In this document: piece by piece, positions 17,528 through 28,881 of the stretch
Layout: the number at the start of each line of letters is the position of its first letter
Position numbering within the stretch: the first letter of the stretch is position 1
Assembly (NCBI GenBank): GCA_050013115.1
Contig: JBEKFX010000001.1
Coordinates: forward strand, 4,934-68,933
DNA: 64,000 nt
Source: Polyangiaceae bacterium
GTDB lineage: Bacteria > Myxococcota_A > Polyangia > Polyangiales > Polyangiaceae
Reading direction: 5' to 3'
The notes under the pieces: model-generated
Databases searched by the model: none
What the model was told of the DNA's origin: nothing
What the model saw: the letters and a program-made list of their open reading frames with translations, nothing else
Position numbers and translations under genes: made by a program

Positions 17528-18658
17528 CTACGCAAGAGAGCCCTCGTCGACACTTGCAGGTGGGTCTTTCTTCGACGCACGACGCTGACGCATTCGCTCC
17601 TTGACGAAATCGACCAGCGTATCGATGTACGTGTCCAAGGGGGGGCACGGGGGCACCCCGGCGGCCGCAAGCACCTCGTCGGCCCGCCGCGCGTCGTAGG
17701 TCACGGCGGTCGTCATGGTTTCGAGAAAGGCGCGCGGGCTTTTCGCGATTCGATCGAGCCCCGGAGCCCGGAGGAGCGCCTTCGCGAGATTCGCGGGGAT
17801 CGATCCGCGAGGACCCCGGCGACCGCCGGCCCGAGCAACGAGCTCGAACACTCGACGCGCCGTCAGGGGACTCGGGTCGACCAGATGAAATGTCCCGCCG
17901 CGGGCCCGCCGGTCGCGGCCAATGGCGACAGCCGCTCTCGCGACCCAATCGACAGGCACCACGTTGACCGGTTCGTCCCCGCGGCCCGGAAGGGGAAGGG
18001 CGAGATCCGGCGGCGAGGTCACGACGAGCAAGATGAGGAGGTAGGGCCCATCGAAACGGTCGATGGCGCCCGTACGCGAATCACCAACCAGCGTGCCCGG
18101 ACGCACGACGGCGACCGGAACGTTTGACATGGCTGCTCGCATGAGCTTCTCCGCTCGCGCCTGCGTCTCTTCGATGACGTTACGAAACGACTGACCGACG
18201 TTGAGATCATCCTCGTATACGACCCCCGAGCGATCCCCGGACACATGAGCCGTCGAGTGGAAGACGAGGCACTGCAGGCGACCGCAGCATCGGGCAAATT
18301 CGAGCGCCTCGTGCGCACCGCCGATGTTGATGCGCTCGGCCCTCGCACGATCGACGCCGAGATCGGTGATGTGCGCACAATGGTGAACGTGGGTCACTTC
18401 GTGCGTGAGAGCCCTGTATTCGTTACCGGAGAGTCCGAAATCAATCGACGCAGCGTCCCCTTCCACGAAATCGACCCGCCCTCGCCATTCGACGCCGAGG
18501 GCATCGAGAGCCGTCTTCATCTCATCCCGTTCGTTCGGGCGAACGAGCGCACGGACCGCACCCTTCCCATCGGTCCGGAGGATCTCTTCACAAACCGTCC
18601 GCGCAAGGAGCGAGGGCAATCCCGTCAGGAGGACCACATTTCGGTCAGCCTGGCTCAT
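17528..18658 (-). CDS. thioester-reductase-like SDR (NAD_binding_4 fold) with degenerate cofactor loop and catalytic dyad
   Basis: ATG 18658 (MSQADRNVVLLTGLPSLLARTV). Overall colinear with terminal thioester reductases (VDFVEGD..GLS..., VRPG..GDSRTGA..D, NVVPVDWVARA, TFHLV). Confidence 0.7.
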   Translation of the reverse strand: MSQADRNVVLLTGLPSLLARTVCEEILRTDGKGAVRALVRPNERDEMKTALDALGVEWRGRVDFVEGDAASIDFGLSGNEYRALTHEVTHVHHCAHITDLGVDRARAERINIGGAHEALEFARCCGRLQCLVFHSTAHVSGDRSGVVYEDDLNVGQSFRNVIEETQARAEKLMRAAMSNVPVAVVRPGTLVGDSRTGAIDRFDGPYLLILLVVTSPPDLALPLPGRGDEPVNVVPVDWVARAAVAIGRDRRARGGTFHLVDPSPLTARRVFELVARAGGRRGPRGSIPANLAKALLRAPGLDRIAKSPRAFLETMTTAVTYDARRADEVLAAAGVPPCPPLDTYIDTLVDFVKERMRQRRASKKDPPASVDEGSLA

Positions 18659-19213
18659 CGTCCACGCCGGGCCGCCCGGCCCTTGGAAGTTGCTGCCGGC
18701 ACTCCGCCAGCCCACGGCCACGCCCGCGGCCGATTGCAAGGTGCACGAGAGCCGAAGAGCGCTTCCAGAAAGCCATGCTGGGGCCTCGACCCATGGGGTA
18801 CGCCCCGGGCCAAGGGCTCGACGGGCGTGACGTGCCCATCTGTCGGGCTGGAGTGACCATCGGTCCAATTCGAGCGGCCCCATCGAAGCCCCCGGCCGTC
18901 CGGAGCGAGCAAGCCAGCCCTCCTTCGGACAGCCCGACCCCCATCTGCCCAAGCGCAAGGTGACAAAAGCGCCTCTCCGCGAGAACTCAGGACGCGACCC
19001 ACGGTCGGCCAGCAGGCGCTCCCGAAGTGAGCCACGACGCAGCGCGGCACGCCGAATCGTTCCGTACCCCGGTGCCTACCAAACGCGTCATCCGACGACG
19101 TTACCGCAAGCGCGCTCGAGCCGCACGTTTCACCCGCGAACGAAGACCGGCGCCAAGAATCCTGGGCGGGGGGGCCGGACGCACGCTAAGTTCTCTTCCT
19201 CGGAGAGCTCGAC

Positions 19214-19771
19214 ATGATCGACGACGTGCAAAAGGACCTGAGCGGGTCGCTCGCGAAGTCGCACGAGGCGCTGAAGCGTGAGCTCACGAAGCTCCGAGCG
19301 GGTCGGGCCAGCGCATCGCTGCTCGACGGGATCAAGGTCGACTACTACGGGACCTTGACCGCGCTCGTTCAGATGGCTCACGTCAACATTCCAGAGCCCC
19401 GCCTCATCACGGTCAAGCCGTGGGACAGAACGCAGGTGAAGGCGGTTGAAAAAGCGCTGCGCGAAAGCGACATCGGGCTAAACCCCCAGGTGGATGGTGA
19501 CCTCGTCCGCGTCCCACTGCCTCCCCTCACGGAGGAGCGCCGCCGAGAATTCGTCAAGATCGCCAAGAAATACGGAGAGGAATGCAAGGTGGCCATCCGA
19601 AAGGCGCGCCACGACGCGCTCGATCTCCTTGGCCAACTCGAAACGGAGGGCGAATCGAGCGCGGATGACGTCGAGCGCGCGAAAAAGAAGGTGGAGGAAC
19701 TCGTTCAGGAGGCCGTCAAACACGTCGATGGGGTCGTCAGCTCGAAAGAGAAGGACATCCTCGAGGTCTGA
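19214..19771 (+). CDS. frr: ribosome recycling factor
   Basis: 185 aa. LRAGRASASLLDGIKVDYYGT..PLPPLTEERRREFVKIAKK..EECKVAIRKARHDA is canonical RRF. Confidence 0.97.
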   Translation: MIDDVQKDLSGSLAKSHEALKRELTKLRAGRASASLLDGIKVDYYGTLTALVQMAHVNIPEPRLITVKPWDRTQVKAVEKALRESDIGLNPQVDGDLVRVPLPPLTEERRREFVKIAKKYGEECKVAIRKARHDALDLLGQLETEGESSADDVERAKKKVEELVQEAVKHVDGVVSSKEKDILEV

Positions 19772-19929
19772 GACGGTTACGAAGGCGAAAGGCCGACGCT
19801 TCGACTTCGAACCCTCGCCGAGTAGGCTGCTAAGCTTCGCTGCCGTCGAGGCCGGCGTAAAGGGAGAGCGACCTTGACACCCTCCAAGGCGAGTGAAAGT
19901 CTTTTCCTGTTGGAGGATTGGGCGGTTTG

Positions 19930-20772
19930 ATGCGGGCAGTCGCGGCCGGGTTGAGCGACGTAGGGCTCCAGCGTGAGCACAACGAAGACTCGTTTGTGGT
20001 GCTCAAGGAGTTCGACCTTTTCGTTGTGGCCGACGGAATGGGTGGCCACCGGGCGGGGGATGTCGCCTCCCGCATCGCGACGGAAACCATTTCGGAGTTC
20101 TTCCGGACAACAGCCAACGAAGACATCACCTGGCCCTTCCATTTCGATACGAACCTGAGCGAGGAAGAAAATCGGCTGCTCACGGGGATTCGCGTGGCCA
20201 ACCGCCAAATCTTCGAGCGCTCAACGCGGTCGCGCGAGTGCCACGGCATGGGCACGACCGTCGTCGGCGCGATGTTCAGCTCGAAGAAGCGCCGCATGTA
20301 CATCGGCCATGTGGGGGACTCCCGCTGCTACCGCGTCCGTGACGGCGAGATTCAGCTCCTGACCCGCGATCACTCGCTCATCAACGATTATCTGCTCGCC
20401 ATGCCCGATCTCACCGACGAGCAGAAGAACGAGCTTCCGAAGAACGTGATCACCCGAGCGCTCGGGATGCAGGACCAGGTGGTCGTCGACCTCCAGCACG
20501 ACGATCCGCAGCCCAGCGACATTTACGTTCTTTGCTCCGATGGCCTCAGCGGAATGGTCAGCGATGACGAAATTCGCCTCATCATCGGCGCCACAAACGA
20601 TATTCGGGAGGCCTGTCGCCGACTGATCCACAGGGCAAACGAACGTGGTGGGGAAGACAACATCACGGCCGTCCTCATCAAGATCGAAGACGCGGAGGAG
20701 CTTTCAGAGACGACGATCAAAATGGATCGGCGCGCTCTCAACGGGGCTTCCGACCAGAAGCTCCCGTCGTGA
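19930..20772 (+). CDS. PP2C-family Ser/Thr protein phosphatase
   Basis: SDVGLQREHNEDSF, VVADGMGGHRAGDVAS, GTTVVGA, LCSDGLSGMV, GGEDNITAVLI. ATG 19930 chosen; GGAGGA at 19912-19917. Confidence 0.85.
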   Translation: MRAVAAGLSDVGLQREHNEDSFVVLKEFDLFVVADGMGGHRAGDVASRIATETISEFFRTTANEDITWPFHFDTNLSEEENRLLTGIRVANRQIFERSTRSRECHGMGTTVVGAMFSSKKRRMYIGHVGDSRCYRVRDGEIQLLTRDHSLINDYLLAMPDLTDEQKNELPKNVITRALGMQDQVVVDLQHDDPQPSDIYVLCSDGLSGMVSDDEIRLIIGATNDIREACRRLIHRANERGGEDNITAVLIKIEDAEELSETTIKMDRRALNGASDQKLPS

Positions 20773-20925
20773 CCCGAACGCCTGGCGACCGAGAGAAGAT
20801 GGCGCCTTCTGCGCCCTCCGCGGCCGACCGATGCTCCGCTGGACCCGGCGCGCCTGCCCCGCCCGACCGGCGTCATCGGCCTTCGGTCCTTGACCTTGGG
20901 GGGGGGAGCGGATACGCCCGGCGCG

Positions 20926-21636
20926 ATGGTCAAGGTGATCTTCACGGTCCTCGGCGCCTTTTGCGTCTACGTTATGGCGACCCTTTCGTACGCAGGAATC
21001 GCCTTCTTGATGGGCATCGAGAGCGCCTGCATTCCGCTTCCGAGTGAGCTCATCATGCCCTACGCGGGCGCCCTGTCGCATCCTGGCGTTGCCGCCGAGC
21101 TCAGTGCCCGTTACGGCGTGACGCTGCCGGTGTTCAATTTGCTGCTCGCGGCCGTCGCTGGCGCCCTCGGCTGCAACATGGGAAGCGAGCTTGCCTATTG
21201 GGTCGGAAAGAAGGGCGGCCGGCCCGCAGTCGAGCGGTACGGGCGTTACCTACTCATCTCCAAGCATGAGATCGACCTGGCCGATCGATGGTTCGAGCAG
21301 CGCGGCGAGATCATCATCTTCATCGCTCGCTTGCTGCCCGTGGTGCGGACGTTTATCGCGTTCCCTGCGGGGGTCGCTCGGATGAACCGGGTGAAGTTTC
21401 ACATTTACACCTTTCTCGGCTCGCTCCCATGGTGCCTCGCCCTGGGCTACGCGGGTCAGCAATTGGGACTGCGACTGCTCGATGATCACTCGCCGCTCAA
21501 GGCCTTCATGCATAAGTTCGACGCCGCAATCGGAGCGTCGATCGTCGTCATCGGAGCGCTTTTCGTGTGGTCGCGCGTGAGGGTGTATCGAGACTACAAG
21601 GCCCGAGAGGCCACGGCGCTCGCCAAAGGCGACTAA
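20926..21636 (+). CDS. DedA/SNARE-associated family inner-membrane protein
   Basis: GIESACIPLPSELIMPYAG..GKKGGRPAVERYGRY..RLLPVVRTFIAFPAGVARM matches the DedA signature. Start could be 20890. Confidence 0.75.
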   Translation: MVKVIFTVLGAFCVYVMATLSYAGIAFLMGIESACIPLPSELIMPYAGALSHPGVAAELSARYGVTLPVFNLLLAAVAGALGCNMGSELAYWVGKKGGRPAVERYGRYLLISKHEIDLADRWFEQRGEIIIFIARLLPVVRTFIAFPAGVARMNRVKFHIYTFLGSLPWCLALGYAGQQLGLRLLDDHSPLKAFMHKFDAAIGASIVVIGALFVWSRVRVYRDYKAREATALAKGD

Positions 21637-21900
21637 CGCTCGAGCCGCGACCGACCATCCATGGCGCGGGATGGGCTGTGGCCCCGCGCGGGCCTTCATC
21701 GTCTTTCGCGGCCGGACCCGACGCCCGCCCTGAGACGGCCCTAGCGGCTCATGGCTGACCCCCCTCAACGGACGAGCGCCCGGATTACCGTCGAGGGCCG
21801 CTCCTCGTCGAGGGCCACGGCACGATCGCGGAAGTTTCGCTGCCGCAGCCTGGACGGCTTTCTTCGGCCTTGACGGGGATCGGCGCTAGACTCAAAAGGC

Positions 21901-23649
21901 ATGGCGCTCCCCACGTCGACGATCAGCCGTGGTCCCGACGCCGAGTACGGGGGCGATGGAGAATCGCCCGGCGACGTCGAAGTCATCCGGCGAGCCGTGC
22001 GAACGTGGCGCGAACGGGTCGTCGGACCAACCGAGGCCAAGCTGCCACAGAGACAGGCCCGCTTCACCACCTGGAGCGGCGCGGAGGTGCCCGACGTCCT
22101 CACGCCGGCCGAAGTCGCGATCAATTACTCGAGCGACCTCGGGATGCCGGGCGAATTTCCGTTCACCCGCGGCGTGCAGCCCACGATGTACCGAGGCAAG
22201 CTCTGGACGATGCGGATGTTTTCGGGCTTCGGAACACCCGAACAGACGAACGCCCGCTTCAAATACCTTCTTTCGCAGGGGCAAACCGGGCTCTCGACCG
22301 CCTTCGATTTTCCGACGCTCATGGGATACGACAGCGACAGTCCCCTTGCGCGCGGCGAGGTCGGTATGTGCGGCGTCGCCGTCGACACGCTGCGCGACAT
22401 GGACGTCCTCTTCGCGGACATCCCGCTCGATGCCGTGACGACCTCGATGACGATCAACGGACCGGCCATCGTGCTCCTCGCCTTTTACGTCGCGCTCGCC
22501 GACCTCCGCGGCGTCCCGCGCTCGCGCATCGGCGGGACGGTACAGAACGATTGCCTCAAGGAATTCATCGCCCAACACGCCTGGCTCGTACCGCCACGCC
22601 CTGCCATGCGCATCGTCACGGACATGATCGAGTTCTGCTCGCGAGAAGTGCCCCGGTGGAACACGATCAGCATCAGCGGCTACCACATTCGAGAAGCCGG
22701 CGCGACGGCGGCCCAGGAGCTCGCCTTTACCCTCGCCGATGGCATCGCGTACGTCGAGAGCGCCGTCCAACGGGGTCTGCGCGTCGACGATTTCGCACCG
22801 CGCCTGTCATTTTTTTTCGATGTCCACAATGACTTCTTCGAGGAAATAGCGAAATTACGGGCCGCGCGCCGCATCTGGGCGCGCCTCATGCGCGATCGAT
22901 TCGGTGCCTCGAAGCCGGAAAGCATGAAGCTTCGCACGCATGCCCAGACCGCAGGCGTCTCGCTTACCGCACAGCAACCCTACAACAACGTCGCCCGCGT
23001 CGCCATCCAGGCGCTCGCCGCCGTCTTGGGAGGTACCCAGTCGCTCCATACGAATTCGCTCGACGAGACCTACGCGCTGCCGACCGAGGAGGCGGTGACG
23101 ATTGCACTTCGGACGCAGCAGATCCTCGCCTACGAAAGCGGCGTCGCCAACACAATCGACCCGTTGGCGGGGTCCTACTTGATCGAAGACTTGACCAATC
23201 GATTGGAAGCCGAAGCGCTCCAGACGATCCGCCGGATCGATGACGTCGGCGGAATGGTGAACGCGATCGAGAAGGGCCATCCTCAGCGGGAGATCGCCGC
23301 GAGCGCGTACCGCTTTCAACGCCAGCTCGAGACGGGCGAGCGGATCATGATCGGGGTGAATCGGAACGCTTCGTCCACCGTCGACGCCATTCCGGCCCTG
23401 CGCATCGATCCGGGGGTTTACTCGACGCAGGTCGAGAATCTGCGACGCGTCAAAGCTTCGCGAGACGCTGCGCAAGTCGGACGCTCGCTCGAAGCCGTGC
23501 GCCTCGCCGCGAGCGCGACACCGGGGACCGAAAAGGCCAATCTGATGCCGCCCATCATCGAGGCGGCGAAGGCGTATTGCACTCAGCAGGAAATTTGCGA
23601 CGTCCTGCGCGCAATCTTCGGAAAGTACGCCGACCCCGCAGAATTCTGA
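21901..23649 (+). CDS. second acyl-CoA mutase large subunit paralogue (methylmalonyl-CoA mutase family, no B12-binding domain)
   Basis: [100 protein letters not shown]. 582 aa. Confidence 0.85.
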   Translation: MALPTSTISRGPDAEYGGDGESPGDVEVIRRAVRTWRERVVGPTEAKLPQRQARFTTWSGAEVPDVLTPAEVAINYSSDLGMPGEFPFTRGVQPTMYRGKLWTMRMFSGFGTPEQTNARFKYLLSQGQTGLSTAFDFPTLMGYDSDSPLARGEVGMCGVAVDTLRDMDVLFADIPLDAVTTSMTINGPAIVLLAFYVALADLRGVPRSRIGGTVQNDCLKEFIAQHAWLVPPRPAMRIVTDMIEFCSREVPRWNTISISGYHIREAGATAAQELAFTLADGIAYVESAVQRGLRVDDFAPRLSFFFDVHNDFFEEIAKLRAARRIWARLMRDRFGASKPESMKLRTHAQTAGVSLTAQQPYNNVARVAIQALAAVLGGTQSLHTNSLDETYALPTEEAVTIALRTQQILAYESGVANTIDPLAGSYLIEDLTNRLEAEALQTIRRIDDVGGMVNAIEKGHPQREIAASAYRFQRQLETGERIMIGVNRNASSTVDAIPALRIDPGVYSTQVENLRRVKASRDAAQVGRSLEAVRLAASATPGTEKANLMPPIIEAAKAYCTQQEICDVLRAIFGKYADPAEF

Positions 23650-23681
23650 TTGTGCGGCTGGAATGCCTAACTGCGGCGTGC

Positions 23682-23697
23682 CCTGCCGCAAGGCAGG
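23682..23697 (+). terminator. candidate hairpin after mutase gene
   Basis: cctgcc-gcaa-ggcagg (6-bp stem, GNRA-type loop), 33 nt after the stop at 23649. A T-rich tract (ttgactttgtcttctttg) begins 11 nt downstream. Confidence 0.3.
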
Positions 23698-23707
23698 CCC
23701 GACGCCC

Positions 23708-23736
23708 TTGACTTTGTCTTCTTTGAAGGACACAGT
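23708..23736 (+). promoter_or_regulatory. weak sigma-70-like promoter candidate for the carbonic anhydrase gene
   Basis: TTGACT, 17-nt spacer, CACAGT, in the only AT-rich patch of this spacer. The -10 element is poor. Confidence 0.25.
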
Positions 23737-23807
23737 ACGGCCCGCGTCGCACGGAAAGGGCCCGACTTGCCGAGGCCCTCCACGTCTCGTGCGCCGAGGA
23801 GACGCCC

Positions 23808-25827
<2,020 letters not shown>

Positions 25828-25850
25828 GGCCACGCTGAAGATACGGCGCC

Positions 25851-26699
25851 ATGGTCGCGCATGGGCAGACGGACGGGGGCAAAAGGCCGATTCGCATCGG
25901 CATCATCAACATCATGCCGAAGGCAGAGGCCTACGAATCGTCTCTTTTGCGCCCGCTCGTTAGCTCCGGCCTATCGATCGAGCCGATCTGGGTCCGGCTC
26001 AAGAGTCACCGGTACGGCAGCAGCGATGCACGCCACATCGAGACGTACAGGTCGTTCGAAGATGCAATGGCGACCGGACCCCTCGACGGGATGATTCTGA
26101 CGGGGGCGCCGGTCGAGGAGCTTGCGTTCGAGAAGGTCAGCTACTGGCGCGAACTCTCGGAAGTTCTCGATGTTTGCCGGAGCCGCGTGACCAGCACCGT
26201 TGGCCTCTGCTGGGGTGGCCTCGCACTTGCCAAGATGCTCGGAATCGAGAAGTGCGCCTTCGGAAAAAAGCTATTCGGTGTCTTTGAAAATCGAAACCTC
26301 GCACCTGGCCATTGGATCACGGGGGCAGGCGACTCATTCTGGTGCGCGCACAGCCGCCACTCGGGGATCGCCAGTTCCGAACTCGAGGCGGCGCGCGACG
26401 TCGGGCTCGTGAACCTGCTCTCTCATGGGTCGGAGACCGGCTATTCGATCTTCGAGAGTGCCGACAGGGCGTACGTCGCGCATCTCGGCCATCCTGAGTA
26501 CGAGGCCATGCGTCTCGTCCGCGAGTGGGAGCGCGACGTCGCCCTTGGAAGGAAGGACGTCGCGCCTCCAAGTCATGTCGATCTCGCGCATCCGACCGAC
26601 GTTTGGCGGTCCCATTGCACCCATTTCTTTTCGCAATGGCTCCACGGGCTCACGAGGCGCCGGCCCGTCATAGCGGGCGACGAGGCCGTGCGCGGCTAA
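25851..26699 (+). CDS. metA: homoserine O-acyltransferase, MetA family
   Basis: IRIGIINIMPKAEAYE, GMILTGAPVE, nucleophile region GLCWGGLA, HSRHS. Acetyl versus succinyl specificity cannot be decided by eye. Confidence 0.85.
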   Translation: MVAHGQTDGGKRPIRIGIINIMPKAEAYESSLLRPLVSSGLSIEPIWVRLKSHRYGSSDARHIETYRSFEDAMATGPLDGMILTGAPVEELAFEKVSYWRELSEVLDVCRSRVTSTVGLCWGGLALAKMLGIEKCAFGKKLFGVFENRNLAPGHWITGAGDSFWCAHSRHSGIASSELEAARDVGLVNLLSHGSETGYSIFESADRAYVAHLGHPEYEAMRLVREWERDVALGRKDVAPPSHVDLAHPTDVWRSHCTHFFSQWLHGLTRRRPVIAGDEAVRG

Positions 26700-26761
26700 G
26701 CGCCCCAGCGGCGGGAACAACGGCACCACGGAGCGGTCGGGCCGTCTGCCGTCCCAGTATG

Positions 26762-27682
26762 TCAACCGTCGTCGCCGACCAGCGGACGCGCAACCGCTGC
26801 CAAAACACCGATTAAGTCGTCATCGGCGTTCAGTGATGGAACCCTGGCGAACGAGAGGCCACGGTCGCGCGCCATCGTGCGCGCTTCGATGTCGAGGTCG
26901 TACAGCGTCTCGACATGGTCGGCCAAAAACCCGACCGGTGCCACGACGACGTGCCGGTCCCCGGCGGCGGCGATGCGATCCAAGGTTGAAGCAAGGTCCG
27001 GCCCGAGCCATTCGATGGGCCGGGCGCCGGGCGCGGCCTCGCTCATGCCTTGGCTCTGAAACGACACGACGAGGCGCGGGTCGCGGTTCGTTCGATCGCG
27101 CAAGGCCGCTTCGATCGCTTGCGCTGCAGATCGGACCTCTCTCTCGTAAGGATCGCCCGCGTCCACGACCGACCGCGGCAGGCTGTGCGCGGTCACCACG
27201 AGCGCCGTCTTGTCGGGCTCGGGCGAGGCCGCAAGGACAGGTGCGATCCGCCGCACGAACGCTTCGCAAAGTCGCGCGCTCTGGCCCCAGTTTCGCGCAC
27301 ACCGCAATTCCAGCCCAAGCTCGCTCGCAGCGCCGGCGGCATCGGCTGCATAGATGGCCGCCGAATGCTGTGCCAGCGGAACCAAGCCAACCCGCCGGGC
27401 GCCTTCGTCGCGTAGCACCGCGAGACGCTCCGCCACGTAGGGCTTCCACAAGCGATTCGCCCAGAAGACCCGCACGCCAATCACGGCTTCCAGCTTGCGA
27501 GCCACCTCAGCCGTGATGCGGTTGAGCGGCGAAGCACCCCCTATCGCCTCGTACCGGCGCGAAAGCTCGGCAACGAGCGCCGGCGGCGGCGGGCGACCGC
27601 GGCGCACGTTCGTGACGAAAGCGGGCAAATCATCCAGGCGATCGACCGTTCCGTGGGATACGAGCAAGACGGCGGCGCTCAT
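26762..27682 (-). CDS. hemH: ferrochelatase
   Basis: ATG 27682 (MSAAVLLVSHGTVDRLDDLPAFVTNV). SPLNRIT, LPLAQHSA-like and GFLADHVETLYDLDIE motifs. Confidence 0.85.
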   Translation of the reverse strand: MSAAVLLVSHGTVDRLDDLPAFVTNVRRGRPPPPALVAELSRRYEAIGGASPLNRITAEVARKLEAVIGVRVFWANRLWKPYVAERLAVLRDEGARRVGLVPLAQHSAAIYAADAAGAASELGLELRCARNWGQSARLCEAFVRRIAPVLAASPEPDKTALVVTAHSLPRSVVDAGDPYEREVRSAAQAIEAALRDRTNRDPRLVVSFQSQGMSEAAPGARPIEWLGPDLASTLDRIAAAGDRHVVVAPVGFLADHVETLYDLDIEARTMARDRGLSFARVPSLNADDDLIGVLAAVARPLVGDDG

Positions 27683-27740
27683 CGTGACGATGTCTCCGGC
27701 GGCCTTGCAGCCATTTTCGCGGCGGACTCGAACGACGCCA

Positions 27741-28766
27741 TCACGGTCGTCGCAGCGACGCACCGGCTACATAGTCAATGACTGCTCGAACGTGGTCGAC
27801 CGGCGTTTCCGGCAGGATTCCGTGCCCCAGGTTGAACACGTGCCCAGGACGCCCGCCTGCGGCGTCGAGCACCCGCTGGGCGTGACGGATTGCCACTTCG
27901 CGCGGCGCGAGAAGAGCACACGAATCCATGTTGCCCTGAACGGCGTATTGCGCACCAATGCGCGTCCAGGCCACATCGAGCGGCGTGCACCAATCGACGC
28001 CCATGACGGTACCTCCCGCGTCGCGCATCGCCTCGAGCAAGGTTGCCGTCCCGGTGCCGAAGTGAATCACGGGAACTCCAGTCGATTCGACGTCCGCGAG
28101 CACGCGCCGCACGTGCGGCTGCACGTATTCGATGTAATCTTGAGGCGCCAAGTCGCCAACCCACGAGTCGAAAAGCTGGACGGCGTCCGCTCCCGCGGCA
28201 ATCTGGGCGCGCAAATAGCGGCGGACGACCTCGCCGAGCTTCGCCATGAGGGCGTGCCAGTCGTCCGGTGCACTGAACATGAGCTTTTTCGTCTTCGCGA
28301 AGTTCGCGCTCTTGCCACCCTCCACGAGGTAGCTGGCAAGGGTGAAGGGCGCTCCCGCGAACCCGATAAGGGGCACTTTGAGCTCGCGCTTGAGAAGTCG
28401 GATCGCGGTAAGAACGTGGCCGAGCGACTCCTCCGGGTCGATGATCCGAAGCCGATCGATCTGCCCGCGCGAGACGATGGGCTCGTGGATGACGGGCCCT
28501 TCCCCCTTGGCGAACTCGAACGATGCCCCCATCGGCTCGAGCGGCAAGAGAATGTCAGCGAACAAGATGGCGGCATCGACGCCGAGCCGTAGGGGCTGGA
28601 GCGTAACCGTGACGGCAAGCTCCGGCGTCTTGCAGAGATCGAGCAGCGTGTGGCGTTCGCGAAGCTTGCGGTATTCCGGCATGTACCGCCCGGCTTGGCG
28701 CATGAACCATACAGGGGTGCGGTCGACAGGCTCGCGCCGACAAGCACGCAAAAAGCGATCGTTCAC
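27741..28766 (-). CDS. hemE: uroporphyrinogen decarboxylase
   Basis: PVWFMRQAGRYMPEYR, ILFADILLPLEPMG, FNLGHGILPETP are canonical UroD motifs. Confidence 0.95.
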   Translation of the reverse strand: MNDRFLRACRREPVDRTPVWFMRQAGRYMPEYRKLRERHTLLDLCKTPELAVTVTLQPLRLGVDAAILFADILLPLEPMGASFEFAKGEGPVIHEPIVSRGQIDRLRIIDPEESLGHVLTAIRLLKRELKVPLIGFAGAPFTLASYLVEGGKSANFAKTKKLMFSAPDDWHALMAKLGEVVRRYLRAQIAAGADAVQLFDSWVGDLAPQDYIEYVQPHVRRVLADVESTGVPVIHFGTGTATLLEAMRDAGGTVMGVDWCTPLDVAWTRIGAQYAVQGNMDSCALLAPREVAIRHAQRVLDAAGGRPGHVFNLGHGILPETPVDHVRAVIDYVAGASLRRP

Positions 28767-28881
28767 GGACCTTACCTTAGCAGCGGCGGCGAGAATGCGC
28801 CGCTCGTCAAGCTTTGGGCAGAACCCGCGCGCTGCGGGGCCGCCCCCTCCGATGGTCTGAGAACGCGGCTTCCGCCCCCTT

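Noticed and set aside
21725-21745. ccctgagacggccc resembling the CTGAGA core of a TPP riboswitch
   Set aside because: There is no flanking thi-box architecture (ACCC..TGATCTGGATAATGCCAGCG-like segment) and the downstream gene is a mutase, not a thiamine gene.
21860-21900. TTGACG...TAGACT promoter-like pair before the second mutase gene
   Set aside because: The spacer is only 11 nt, incompatible with sigma-70 geometry.
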